From NCBI GenBank assembly GCA_021786295.1, contig JAJYNO010000024.1, forward strand, positions 31,848 to 95,847: DNA of 64,000 nt, given 5' to 3'. The stretch comes from a bacterium. Its GTDB lineage: Bacteria; Elusimicrobiota; Elusimicrobia; Elusimicrobiales; UBA9959. The notes under the pieces are model-generated. The model did no database searches. It saw only the letters and a program-made list of their open reading frames with translations, and was not told where the DNA came from. Positions 8,737 to 20,130 of this stretch are shown here, piece by piece. How positions within the stretch are numbered: position 1 is the first letter of the stretch; every line of letters begins with the position of its first letter. Made by a program: the position numbers and the translations under genes.

Positions 8737-9816
8737 TCAGCGGGACAGCAGCCCGGCTATCCCCAGGTGGCCGCGGAAGAGCGCCACGGCCGCGAGCAGC
8801 AGGACCAGCAGCAGCGCGGCCGCCACGGCGCTCCTGTAGCTGGTCCCGCCTGGCGGCGGAGGCAGCATCAGGTTCTCCTCGTGACTGGCCACGTAATCGG
8901 CGTAGATGTCGCAGGCGGAGATGACGTAGACCGGGTGAAGGAAGAGCATTATGGCTCCGACGGCCGCGACCAGGGGCACCCCTGCCCAGAAATAGAACTT
9001 GAAGATGCCCTGCTCCACCGGGGCATGGAAATTGACCAGACGCGGGAAGGCGATGAAGAAGCAGATGGTGCCTATGTAGGTCCCCACGCCGATGATCCAG
9101 CACAACGCCGAATAGCCCGCCCGCAGGATGGCCACGTCGGCGAACCTGTCGTGCACAAGCCCGACGGAGCGCTTGCCGGCGTCCAAAAGGCCGCGGCCGG
9201 TCACCAGCGCGGGCAGTATGCCTATGGTGGCGAGCTTCCAGGCGTAGTAGAGCGGCTCGGCCATGACCCTCTCTATCGTGCCGCTGCCGTTCTTTTTGGG
9301 CAGGCGGTCCAGGATGCGGTTCACGGTCCACCAGCCGTCTATCCACTGGAAGATCCAGATGGGCCAGGCCTCCGGCAGCACTATCCTCAGGCATTTGAGG
9401 ATGGTGGATCCCTGGCCCTGCCGGTTGAGGAAGTGCACCGCGCCCATGCAGCCGTTCAGCAGACCCAGCGGGAAGGCGACCGCGCCCACCACGATGAAAG
9501 ACCAGGCGAAGAGTATCAGGTCCGCTATCGGGGAGCCGTGCTGGCTGCCGGCGTCGTGCCAGACCGAAGGGGGGATCCATCCTATCATCCTCACCCACAG
9601 GAAATAGCCGGCGGCTATGCAGGCCCACTGCAGCAGAGCGAAGGTCAGTATTTCCTTTTCCAGAAAGGCGAGTTTGACGCTGAACTTGGCGCGCTTCCAG
9701 AAGCCGGAGAAGCCTGTGCCCAGCGAAGGCCGCCATTCCGACATGCTGGTGACTCCGTAAACGCCGCTTTTCACGTCGGCCATGGCGTCGAAATACGGTT
9801 TGAAGAATAGGGCCAT
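8737..9816 (-). CDS. Uncharacterised polytopic inner-membrane protein
   Basis: Multiple hydrophobic helices, Trp-rich loops. I prefer ATG 9816 (MALFFKPYF) because the track GTG start (9864) lies in the loop of a terminator hairpin, with an in-frame TGA 4 codons upstream. Confidence 0.6.
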   Translation of the reverse strand: MALFFKPYFDAMADVKSGVYGVTSMSEWRPSLGTGFSGFWKRAKFSVKLAFLEKEILTFALLQWACIAAGYFLWVRMIGWIPPSVWHDAGSQHGSPIADLILFAWSFIVVGAVAFPLGLLNGCMGAVHFLNRQGQGSTILKCLRIVLPEAWPIWIFQWIDGWWTVNRILDRLPKKNGSGTIERVMAEPLYYAWKLATIGILPALVTGRGLLDAGKRSVGLVHDRFADVAILRAGYSALCWIIGVGTYIGTICFFIAFPRLVNFHAPVEQGIFKFYFWAGVPLVAAVGAIMLFLHPVYVISACDIYADYVASHEENLMLPPPPGGTSYRSAVAAALLLVLLLAAVALFRGHLGIAGLLSR

Positions 9817-9840
9817 CGCGACAATGATACAAAATTGGGC

Positions 9841-9873
9841 AAAAAGCGAGAGCCCCCGAAACACGGGGGCTCT
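9841..9873 (-). terminator. Intrinsic terminator/attenuator hairpin immediately upstream of the membrane-protein gene
   Basis: Minus strand reads AGAGCCCCC-GTGTTTC-GGGGGCTCT followed by CGCTTTTT. 9-bp GC-rich stem. Confidence 0.6.
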
Positions 9874-10163
9874 TCACTCCGGCGCAGGCCGGACACCGCA
9901 TTGGGGGCGGCCGGGGGACCGACGGGGCTCAAAACGCCGCCGAAGGGCCGGAACGCCCGCCCGGGCCGTGGCGACCTCGCCGCGGGACGGGGACCCGGGG
10001 GACCGCATGCCTACGCACTGCCAGCGGGCCGGGGAAAGCGCCGGGGCCGGGGCAACCCCCGAACCGACCGAACAAGCACACTGCACCGGGCCCCGCACCG
10101 CTGCCAGACCAGACCGCACCGCGGGACCCTCGACGAACCGGCGCTGTAAAAAGATCGGACTGC
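9874..10163 (-). ncRNA. Candidate structured leader / sRNA (class unknown) between a consensus promoter and a terminator
   Basis: About 290 nt, very GC-rich. All frames give only Arg/Pro/Gly-rich ORFs. Bracketed by the promoter at 10170-10198 and the terminator at 9841-9873. Confidence 0.35.
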
Positions 10164-10169
10164 AAATCT

Positions 10170-10198
10170 AATATAACAGACGCCCTTTGACTTGTCAA
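10170..10198 (-). promoter_or_regulatory. Near-consensus sigma70 promoter
   Basis: Minus strand reads TTGACA (10198-10193), exactly 17 nt, TATATT (10175-10170), inside an AT-rich patch. Confidence 0.6.
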
Positions 10199-10263
10199 GA
10201 CCCATAAAGGGCCTATGGCGATATTTTTTCAGCGGCGGATCTTTTACGTCGGAGGAGGGCGGC

Positions 10264-11181
10264 TCAATATCTGGCCAGGGCCGTCTTGTAGTATTTCCAG
10301 AGCGCGGCGGAGGAATGGGTGGGCTGGCCGTACGGGCTGCCAGGCAGGGAAGCCCAGGTCCCGTTCAGCCTCTTGAGCGCCGCCGTGAAATTGGCGTACA
10401 CGTCCGACTTCTCTACGGCCTTGTAGGCGCCGGCGCGGCGGATTATCTCCATCACGGCCTTCTCCTGGCTGGGCGGCGTGAAGTCCGCCAGGCCGAGGCT
10501 GCGGGCCAGCGAATCCCAGGTAGAAGAAAGGAACTGGTAGCGGCCGGCCGCGTCCGAGCACAGGTGCCCGGAGCAGATCCTCTTGCGCGGATGATCGGCG
10601 TAGCTGCTGAAGGTCACGAAGGTGAAGATGTAGTCGTAGTGCTCGTTGACCCCTTCCGCGTAGGCGAGCGTGTCCAGGAAGGCCCGGACGTTCCTGGGCA
10701 GCTCCCAGGCGCCCCCCGCGGAGCTGGCCGAGACGTCGGCCATGTTCACGTAGCCTTTCCGAAGTCCGCAGCCAGGGAGCGGATCGGCCAAACGGACTAT
10801 CACATAGTCCCCCTCGAAACCGGGCCTGCCGGCGGTCCTGTAAACGGTATTTGCGGCCAGGGCGCAGCCTCCGGCCGCGCCGGCGGCCGCCGCAAGATAA
10901 GCCTGCTCTTTGCCGGTCCTGAAAAAATCTCCGGCGGGAACCGCGCCCCTGCTGATGTTCCCGTCCGGCCATTTGAAGCCCGGGTTGTCGTTATCGGGCG
11001 GAAGGTACTGCCTGGCCTCCGTGAAGCCGACGGCCGCCGGGGGCGTGGCCGCCGGGGGAAGAGGCGCGGAGACGCCGTTTCCGGAGCCGGCCTGGTCCAG
11101 CAGGTCGCCGAAAGCCTGGGCCGAGGCCAGCGTCGGGGCGGCCAGCAGCAGGGCGAGCAGGGCGGCTTCCATCCTCTTCAT
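10264..11181 (-). CDS. Secreted GH104 (phage lambda R-like) lytic transglycosylase
   Basis: Start at MKRMEAALLALLLAAPTLASA (alternative ATG 11199). C-terminal LDTLAYAEGV...AAGRYQFLSSTW matches the GH104 catalytic region. The track ORF to 11991 is a spurious extension over marC. Confidence 0.75.
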   Translation of the reverse strand: MKRMEAALLALLLAAPTLASAQAFGDLLDQAGSGNGVSAPLPPAATPPAAVGFTEARQYLPPDNDNPGFKWPDGNISRGAVPAGDFFRTGKEQAYLAAAAGAAGGCALAANTVYRTAGRPGFEGDYVIVRLADPLPGCGLRKGYVNMADVSASSAGGAWELPRNVRAFLDTLAYAEGVNEHYDYIFTFVTFSSYADHPRKRICSGHLCSDAAGRYQFLSSTWDSLARSLGLADFTPPSQEKAVMEIIRRAGAYKAVEKSDVYANFTAALKRLNGTWASLPGSPYGQPTHSSAALWKYYKTALARY

Positions 11182-11288
11182 GCCTATATTATTGCGCATG
11201 GGCCCGGAATGCGCAAGGGCGTCTGGCCCCCCGGTCAATAGGCCCAAAGACCCAGACCGCGACCGAAAGGAAAGCCGGGGCGGGAATA

Positions 11289-11888
11289 TCAGGAAACCAG
11301 GAACTTTTTTATGCCGGTCATGACCATCTGCACGGAGATGGTCACGAGGATCATGCCCATCAGTTTCTCCATCGCCAGCAGGCCGCGCTGGCCCAGCAGG
11401 CGAGAAAGCCAGCCGGAAAAGCCGGCCAGGATGACGGCGTTGATAAGCCAGGCCGCGCCCACCACTCCCGCCCAGAACCAGAGGCGGCCGGGGTCGCGCA
11501 TCGAGAAGAGCAGCACCATGGTCAGGGTGGAGGGCCCTGCCACCAGCGGGATGGCCAGCGGCACGATGAAAGGCTCTCCCTCCGGGCTCTCGGCCAGGTT
11601 GTGGCCCGGATTCGGGAAGATCATCTGCATCGCTATAAGAAAAAGCACGATGCCCCCGGCCACCGCCATCGCCGTGAGGTCCAGCGCCAGCGCCGACACC
11701 AGGTACTTGCCGAACAGCAGGAAGAACGCCATGATGCCCAGCGCTATGGACAACTCTCGCAGTATCACCGCCCGGCGGCGGTCTTCGGAGACGTTCTTCA
11801 GCGCGCTCATGAACAGCGGCATGTTGCCGAGCGGGTCCATCACCAGCGTCAGCGTAAAAACGGCCGTCACGAAAAGCGTCAGGTCCAT
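11289..11888 (-). CDS. MarC-family (UPF0056) integral membrane protein
   Basis: 199 aa. N-terminal VMDPLGNMPLF motif and six hydrophobic segments. Confidence 0.85.
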   Translation of the reverse strand: MDLTLFVTAVFTLTLVMDPLGNMPLFMSALKNVSEDRRRAVILRELSIALGIMAFFLLFGKYLVSALALDLTAMAVAGGIVLFLIAMQMIFPNPGHNLAESPEGEPFIVPLAIPLVAGPSTLTMVLLFSMRDPGRLWFWAGVVGAAWLINAVILAGFSGWLSRLLGQRGLLAMEKLMGMILVTISVQMVMTGIKKFLVS

Positions 11889-11894
11889 GTCTAA

Positions 11895-11903
11895 ATTCTA
11901 GCA
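11895..11903 (-). promoter_or_regulatory. Extended -10 element TGcTAGAAT, 6 nt before the marC-family ATG (possible leaderless mRNA)
   Basis: Minus strand reads TTTTGCTAGAATTTAGAC-ATG. The 15-mer is nearly identical to the one upstream of nfu (43206-43220). Confidence 0.4.
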
Positions 11904-11904
11904 A

Positions 11905-11940
11905 AAGAAAGCGGCCGGGGAGGCTCTCCCCGGCCGCTTT
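11905..11940 (-). terminator. Rho-independent terminator of gyrA
   Basis: Minus strand reads AAAGCGGCCGGGGAG-AGC-CTCCCCGGCCGCTTT followed by CTTTTG. Confidence 0.75.
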
Positions 11941-11956
11941 TCCCCGCGCACCGCCG

Positions 11957-14458
11957 CTATTTCTTCTCTTCGGCGGGCTTGGCCTCGTCACCGTCGTCGA
12001 CCACGGGTTCGACGCTGGCGATGCGGTCTCCCTCTTCCAGGCGCACCAGGCGCACGCCCTGGGTGTTGCGGCTGATCACGCGCAGGTCCTTGCAGGGCAT
12101 GCGGATGATCTTGCCCTTCTCGGTCATGACCATCAGGTCGTCCTTGTTCTCGACGAGGTAGATGCCCACCACAGCGCCGTTGCGGTCCGTCGCCTTGATG
12201 GTGATGACGCCGGAGCCGCCGCGGTGCTGGTGGCGGTACTCGTCGAGGTCGGTGCGCTTGCCGTAGCCGTTGACGCAGACCGTCAGCAGCGTCTTCCTGG
12301 TCTTCGGCTCCGCCACTTCCATGCCGATGACCTGGTCGTCGTCGTCCAGCCGGATGCCGCGCACGCCCATCGCGCCGCGGCCCATGCTGCGCACGTCGCC
12401 CTCGTTGAAGCGGATGCTCATGCCGTCGCGGGTGCCGATGATGATCTCGTGGTTGCCCGCGGTCTGGGCCACGCTGGTCAGGATGTCGCCGTCCTCGAGG
12501 CCGATCGCGATGATGCCGCTGCGGCGGATGTTGGCGAAGTCGGAGATAGGGGTCTTCTTGATGTTGCCCTTGCGGGTGCACATCACTATGAAGCTCTCCT
12601 TGCCCTTGGCCTCCTCGAAGGATTCGACCGCGAGCACCGAGGTGACCTTCTCGTCCTTCACCTGCAGCAGGTTCACTATCGCCTTGCCGCGGGACGTGCG
12701 GTTGCCCTCGGGGATCTCGTAGCCCTTCAGCGCGTACACCTTGCCGCGCGTGGTGAACATCAGGATCGTCGCGTGGCTCGACGTCACGAAGAGCTTCTCG
12801 ATGAAGTCCTCTTCCTTGACCTCGGAGCCGATGATGCCCTTGCCGCCCCTGCCCTGCACCTTGTAGGTGTCGGCCGGGATGCGCTTGATGTAGCCGCCGT
12901 GGCTCATCGTGATGACGACCTTCTCCTCCGGGATCAGGTCCTCGATGTCGAGCTCCGCGGCCTCGCCGGTGATGTCGGTAGAGCGCTTGTCGCCGTACTT
13001 CTCCTTCATCTCCTTGAGCTCGTCGACGATGATCTTCAGCACCTTCTTCGGGTCGGCCAGGATGGCCTTGAGCTCCGCGATCAGCTTCATCAGCGCGCGG
13101 TGCTCCTCCTCTATGTCGCCGACCTCCAGGCGGGTGAGCTGGTGCAGGCGCATGTCGAGGATGGCCTGGGCCTGGATGTCCGACAGCGCGAACTTCGCCA
13201 TCAGCTTGCCCTTGGCCTCCAGCGCGTCCTTGGATTTCTTTATGATCTCGACGACCGCGTCGATGTTCTGCAGGGCTATCAGGTAGCCTTCCAGGATGTG
13301 GGCGCGGGCGAGGGCCTTCTTCAGGTCGTACTTGGTGCGGTTCACCACCATCAGGCGGCGGTGGCGCACGTACTGCTGCATGACCTCCTTGACGGGCAGC
13401 ACGCGCGGGCGGCCGTCCACGATGGCGAGCATGATGACGCCGAACGTGGTCTCCATCTGCGTGTGCTTGAAGAGCTGGTTCAGCACCACCTGCGCGTTGC
13501 CGTCGCGCTTGACCTCGATGACGATGCGCATGCCGCGGCGGTCCGACTCGTCGCGGATGTCGGAGATGTCCGGGATCTTCTTTTCCTTGACGAGCTCGGC
13601 GATGGTCTCTATCAGCGCCGACTTATTGACCTGGTAGGGGATCTCGGTGACGATGATCGCCTCGCGGTTGCCCTTGATCTCCTCGATCTCGGTGCGGGCC
13701 TGGATCTTGATCGAGCCCCGGCCGGTCTCGAAGTAGTCCAGGATGCCCTTGCGGCCGCGGATGATGCCGCCGGTCGGGAAGTCGGGACCCTTCAGTATCT
13801 TGACCAGTTCCTTGGTCGCGAGGTCCGGGTTGTCGATGACGGCGATCGTCGCGTCGCAGACCTCGGCGAGGTTGTGCGTGGGGATGTTGGTGGCCATGCC
13901 GACGGCGATGCCTGAGGAGCCGTTGACGAGCAGGTTCGGCAGCTTCGCCGGCAGCACGGAGGGCTCGGTCAGCGAGCCGTCGTAGTTGGGCACCCACTTC
14001 ACCGTCTCCTTCTCGATGTCGGCCAGCAGCTCGCCGGCTATGCCCGACAGGCGGGCCTCGGTGTAGCGCATGGCCGCGGCGGGGTCGCCGTCGACCGAGC
14101 CGAAGTTGCCCTGCCCGTCCACCAGCGTGTAGCGCAGCGAGAACTCCTGCGCCATGCGCACCAGCGTGTCGTAGATCGCGGCGTCGCCGTGCGGGTGGTA
14201 CTTGCCCATCACGTCGCCGACGATGCGGGCCGACTTCTTGAAGGGCTTGTTGTGCTGCAGGCCCATGTCGTCCATCGTGTAGAGCACGCGGCGGTGCACG
14301 GGCTTGAGGCCGTCGCGCACGTCGGGCAGCGCGCGGCCCACGATGACGCTCATCGAGTAGTCTATGTACGAGGACTTCATCTCCTCGCTGATGTCGCGGT
14401 CAACGATGTTGAGGAACATGCTGTCCTGCTTCGGTGTAGGTTCTTTGTGCTCTGTCAT
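11957..14458 (-). CDS. gyrA: DNA gyrase subunit A
   Basis: 833 aa. N-terminal [17 protein letters not shown] and [10 protein letters not shown] active-site region. C-terminal pinwheel repeats. Confidence 0.97.
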   Translation of the reverse strand: MTEHKEPTPKQDSMFLNIVDRDISEEMKSSYIDYSMSVIVGRALPDVRDGLKPVHRRVLYTMDDMGLQHNKPFKKSARIVGDVMGKYHPHGDAAIYDTLVRMAQEFSLRYTLVDGQGNFGSVDGDPAAAMRYTEARLSGIAGELLADIEKETVKWVPNYDGSLTEPSVLPAKLPNLLVNGSSGIAVGMATNIPTHNLAEVCDATIAVIDNPDLATKELVKILKGPDFPTGGIIRGRKGILDYFETGRGSIKIQARTEIEEIKGNREAIIVTEIPYQVNKSALIETIAELVKEKKIPDISDIRDESDRRGMRIVIEVKRDGNAQVVLNQLFKHTQMETTFGVIMLAIVDGRPRVLPVKEVMQQYVRHRRLMVVNRTKYDLKKALARAHILEGYLIALQNIDAVVEIIKKSKDALEAKGKLMAKFALSDIQAQAILDMRLHQLTRLEVGDIEEEHRALMKLIAELKAILADPKKVLKIIVDELKEMKEKYGDKRSTDITGEAAELDIEDLIPEEKVVITMSHGGYIKRIPADTYKVQGRGGKGIIGSEVKEEDFIEKLFVTSSHATILMFTTRGKVYALKGYEIPEGNRTSRGKAIVNLLQVKDEKVTSVLAVESFEEAKGKESFIVMCTRKGNIKKTPISDFANIRRSGIIAIGLEDGDILTSVAQTAGNHEIIIGTRDGMSIRFNEGDVRSMGRGAMGVRGIRLDDDDQVIGMEVAEPKTRKTLLTVCVNGYGKRTDLDEYRHQHRGGSGVITIKATDRNGAVVGIYLVENKDDLMVMTEKGKIIRMPCKDLRVISRNTQGVRLVRLEEGDRIASVEPVVDDGDEAKPAEEKK

Positions 14459-14476
14459 TTTTTCCGTGCTCCGTTA

Positions 14477-16957
<2,481 letters not shown>

Positions 16958-16991
16958 TTAACCCGCGTCCCCCGGGGGCGCGGCTCCTTTT

Positions 16992-17297
16992 TCAGATCTT
17001 AGCGGCCGGCCTTATAGCCCTTATCCACGGCCGCTTGAAGTACTTGTTCAACCCTTTCACCAGCACCGAACTGCGCAGGGACAGCTCGCTGGCCGCGGCC
17101 GCGGAGGAGGGTTTCACTACCAGCGCGCCCTTGTCCACCCCGAGCAGCACGCAGTGCTCTCCGAGCCGGCCCAGTTCCTTCTTCCAGACCGCGTCCAGCA
17201 CGCCAAGCCTGTCCAGGTCCGCTCCGCCCAGCAGCCTCCGGGAGGAGCAGATGGCGTCGGCCTTGCGCCAGTTCTGGCTTTTCCTGGAAAGGAACAT
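16992..17297 (-). CDS. DUF721/DciA-like protein
   Basis: 101 aa. Small basic protein in the canonical dnaN-(recF)-DUF721-gyrB position. Pattern LVVKPSSAAAASELSL typical of DUF721. Confidence 0.65.
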   Translation of the reverse strand: MFLSRKSQNWRKADAICSSRRLLGGADLDRLGVLDAVWKKELGRLGEHCVLLGVDKGALVVKPSSAAAASELSLRSSVLVKGLNKYFKRPWIRAIRPAAKI

Positions 17298-17316
17298 CCG
17301 GCCGCCTGGTCAGGCT

Positions 17317-18435
17317 CTAGGCCTGGGTGCGCAGGGGCATCACGATGTACAGCAGCCCCTCCTGCCCCTTCAGCCTCAGCAGCGCCGGCGTGGACGGGGA
17401 AGTGAACTCGGCCAAAACCTCGCCCGACCCCGCGGCCTTCAGGATATCCAGAATGAACTTCGGATTGAAGCTTATCTGGAATTCCTTTCCGTCGTAATCC
17501 GCCTCTATCTCGTCCTCGAAATCCATGCTCTGCGAGGCGGAGTTAACCACCAGCGCGCCCTTCCTGAAGGTGTATTTCACGGCGCCCGAGCGCTCGCTGG
17601 AACAGATTGCCGCGCGCTTGGTGACGGCCGTCAGTTTCTCCGCGCTCAGCGCAGCTTCCATCTCGTGGCTCTTCGGGATGATCTGCTCGTAGGCGGGAAA
17701 GTTCCCCTCCACCAGCCGGGAGATGAAAACCGTCCTGCCCAGCCTGAAGCCTATCTGGTTGGAGGAAAGCCCGACCGTCACCTCCTCTTCGTCCTTAACC
17801 CCGGAGGCCTTTATGAAGCGGGACAGCTCTCCCAGTATCTTGGAGGGAACTATGACCTTGAACTCCTTCTTGGCCTTGACCTTCCTGGTAGAGGAGACGG
17901 CCAGGCGGCGGCCGTCCGTGGCCACCAGGAAGAAAGTGTCCTTTTCGAACTTCCACAGCAGGCCGTTCAGGAAGTGCCTGTCGTCCTCGGTGGAGGCTGA
18001 GAAGATCGTGCCGTTTATCATGTCGGCCAGCAATTTCGCCGGCACCTTGAACGAGTTGCTCTCGTCCAGGTCCGGGATTACCGGGTAATCGTTCTTCGGG
18101 GCGCCGCCCAGCTTGAAGCGGGACTTGCCGCTGAGAATGGAGATCCTGTTGTTCTCGTCAACGGCGATGTTGACGGAGGAATCCTCCCCCAGGTTCTGCA
18201 CTATTTCCATGAACTTCTTTATCGGGACCGTTATGCTGCCTTCACCCTTTATCTCGACAGGGATATGGTGTTTTATAGCCATCTCCAGGTCCGTGAAGAC
18301 CACCTTCACGCCCTTGTCCTCTGTCTCCATCAGGAAGTTCTGGAGTATGGGGATCGTTCCGGTCTTGGAAGAGACGCCAGCCTGGATGGTCTGGATCCCT
18401 TTTATCAGGGTTTCGCGATTACTGTTGATTTTCAT
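17317..18435 (-). CDS. dnaN: DNA polymerase III beta sliding clamp
   Basis: 372 aa. Three-domain clamp pattern, directly downstream of dnaA. Confidence 0.95.
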   Translation of the reverse strand: MKINSNRETLIKGIQTIQAGVSSKTGTIPILQNFLMETEDKGVKVVFTDLEMAIKHHIPVEIKGEGSITVPIKKFMEIVQNLGEDSSVNIAVDENNRISILSGKSRFKLGGAPKNDYPVIPDLDESNSFKVPAKLLADMINGTIFSASTEDDRHFLNGLLWKFEKDTFFLVATDGRRLAVSSTRKVKAKKEFKVIVPSKILGELSRFIKASGVKDEEEVTVGLSSNQIGFRLGRTVFISRLVEGNFPAYEQIIPKSHEMEAALSAEKLTAVTKRAAICSSERSGAVKYTFRKGALVVNSASQSMDFEDEIEADYDGKEFQISFNPKFILDILKAAGSGEVLAEFTSPSTPALLRLKGQEGLLYIVMPLRTQA

Positions 18436-18558
18436 CTTTATAGTCCTCTATAAGATAGCTGTTCATAGTGTCAGAGCTGTGAAGATCATAGGGGAAAGTT
18501 ATTAACAGCTTATCCGATTTTACTGACAGTCCTGACAACGGCAGGCGTTTTGCGCCTT

Positions 18559-19911
18559 TCAGCTCTTGTTATTAACAGCCTTTATCTTCGTTATTATCTG
18601 GTTCAGCGTTTCGTTGAAATAGGGGTCCGTCTGCACCATCTGGCCGATCTTGTTCTTGGCGTACATGACGGTGGCGTGGTCCTTGCCGAAGGCCTCCCCT
18701 ATGTCCGTCAGGGAAAGATCGGTCATGGTGCCGGCCAGGTACATCGCCACCTGCCGCGGGAAAGCGATGTTCTCGCTGCGCTTCTTCGAGTTCATTTCCC
18801 TGAGCTCTACGCTGTACTTCTCCGCGACCACGTTCTTTATCTGTTCTATCGTCACTTTCCGGTCTTCCAGGTCGTGGTCGCTGATGTGGTCCTTTATTAT
18901 TTCCTTGACCGCGTCTATGGAGGGCTGTATCCGCATGTTGGTGCAGAAGTTCCCCACCGTGATCAGGCAGCCCTCCAGCTCCCTGATGTTCTTTTTGACG
19001 TTCTCCGCGATGAAGGTTATGACGTCGTCGGGGATATCGTACTTGTGGTGTTCCCTCTTCTGGCGCAGTATCGCCACTCGCGTCTCGAAATCGGGGATCT
19101 TGATGTCCGCCACCACCCCGGAAAGGAAGCGGGAGATCAGGCGCTGGCCCAGGGCGAGTTCGCGCGGCGGGCGGTCCGACGTTACCACGATCTGCTTCTT
19201 CGATTCGAACAGAGAGTTGAACGTGTAGAAGAACTCCTCTTCGCTGCGCTCCTTGTCCACGAGGAACTGGATGTCGTCGAGCAGCAGGCAGTCCAGCCTG
19301 CGGTACTTGCTGCGGAACTGCTCGGTGGCCCCGCCGCGCACCGCGTCGATGTACTCGTTGACGAAGTTCTCGCTGGCCGTGTAGAGGATGCGGGCCGAAG
19401 CGTTCTTCTTCAGTATGCCGTGGGCTATGGCGTGCAGCAGATGGGTCTTGCCGAGGCCCGGGGGGCTGTAGATGAAGTACGGGTTGGCCTGGCCCGGGGT
19501 CTTGGCCACTCCCTCCGCGGAGGCGAAAGCGAAGCGGTTGGAGGTGCCCATGATGAAGGTTTCGAAGGTGTAGTTCGGATTGAAGGAATAGTAGTTGGCC
19601 GGCAGGGCTATGGCGGCAGGCGCGGCCTTGGACTGCGGGGGCGGCTCCGTGGGAGCCAGCGACATGGAATAGGTTATCTTGAGGTTCCTGCCGGTGAATT
19701 CCGCCAGCAGCGAAACGATCTTTTCCTCGTAGCGCTGCTTTACCGTGTTGTAGATTATGGAGTCCGGAACCTCCAGCTTGAGAGTGTCCCCTTCTATAAA
19801 AAGAGGCTTTATTGGGCGCACCCAGAGGTCCACGGTCCCGGAGCCTATCTCGGCGTCCAGTTTCTGAAGCACTTTCTGCCAGGTATCCTTGATATCGGTT
19901 AAGTTATCCAC
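18559..19911 (-). CDS. dnaA: Chromosomal replication initiator DnaA
   Basis: 450 aa. Walker A GLGKTHLLHAI. C-terminal DNA-binding helix (DHATVMYA). GTG start codon. Confidence 0.97.
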   Translation of the reverse strand: MDNLTDIKDTWQKVLQKLDAEIGSGTVDLWVRPIKPLFIEGDTLKLEVPDSIIYNTVKQRYEEKIVSLLAEFTGRNLKITYSMSLAPTEPPPQSKAAPAAIALPANYYSFNPNYTFETFIMGTSNRFAFASAEGVAKTPGQANPYFIYSPPGLGKTHLLHAIAHGILKKNASARILYTASENFVNEYIDAVRGGATEQFRSKYRRLDCLLLDDIQFLVDKERSEEEFFYTFNSLFESKKQIVVTSDRPPRELALGQRLISRFLSGVVADIKIPDFETRVAILRQKREHHKYDIPDDVITFIAENVKKNIRELEGCLITVGNFCTNMRIQPSIDAVKEIIKDHISDHDLEDRKVTIEQIKNVVAEKYSVELREMNSKKRSENIAFPRQVAMYLAGTMTDLSLTDIGEAFGKDHATVMYAKNKIGQMVQTDPYFNETLNQIITKIKAVNNKS

Positions 19912-19923
19912 AAGTTATCCACA
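19904..19923. promoter_or_regulatory. Two tandem perfect DnaA boxes TTATCCACA
   Basis: 19904-19912 and 19915-19923, 11-bp periodicity. The first overlaps the dnaA GTG start (19909-19911). Confidence 0.8.
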
Positions 19924-20101
19924 ACTGTTAATAGATTTTTGTGCCACCTTAAAAACTCTTGTTTTATATGCTTTTTTTGTGTTGATAACTTTTTTCAGAA
20001 CCGCAATTTCCAGCGGTTATGATCAAAAAACGTTGCTAAAAGATGAACAAAGAGACCTTTTTGTCCGTTTAAAAAAGGCCTTTTCTACAAGGATATCTAT
20101 A

Positions 20102-20130
20102 ATATTATATATTTCCAAGCCTTAAGTCAA
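20102..20130 (-). promoter_or_regulatory. Candidate dnaA promoter
   Basis: Minus strand reads TTGACT (20130-20125), 17 nt, TAATAT (20107-20102). Confidence 0.45.

Noticed and set aside
9874-10163. Possible match of the leader to the guanidine-I (ykkC) or cobalamin riboswitch
   Set aside because: GAGGGUCCCG...GGUCUGGUC loosely resembles my recollection of the ykkC 5' conserved segment. However, the expected GGUCCGAGAG and ACGGCGGGA...GCCCGGGAGA blocks are absent and the element is about three times too long. No B12-box (GCCACUG) was found. Needs a covariance-model search rather than my eye.
9782-10205. Five overlapping ORFs (64-129 aa) inside the 9865-10263 intergenic region
   Set aside because: All are Arg/Pro/Gly-dominated with no SD and no recognisable motif, and they overlap one another in several frames. 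The region is better explained as non-coding (see the leader finding). A decayed pseudogene cannot be fully excluded.
11182-11288. Hairpin TTGCGCAT-N9-ATGCGCAA (about 11196-11220) as the terminator of the marC-family gene
   Set aside because: No T run follows it on the minus strand. It overlaps the alternative start (MRNNIG) of the GH104 gene. Its function is unclear.
19889-20125. 78-aa + strand ORF in the AT-rich region upstream of dnaA
   Set aside because: It lies in the candidate oriC and dnaA promoter region. Its Phe/Leu/Ile/Lys-rich translation simply reflects AT-rich DNA, and it has no SD. The 20127-20309 ORF likewise spans a terminator and the tldD 3' end.
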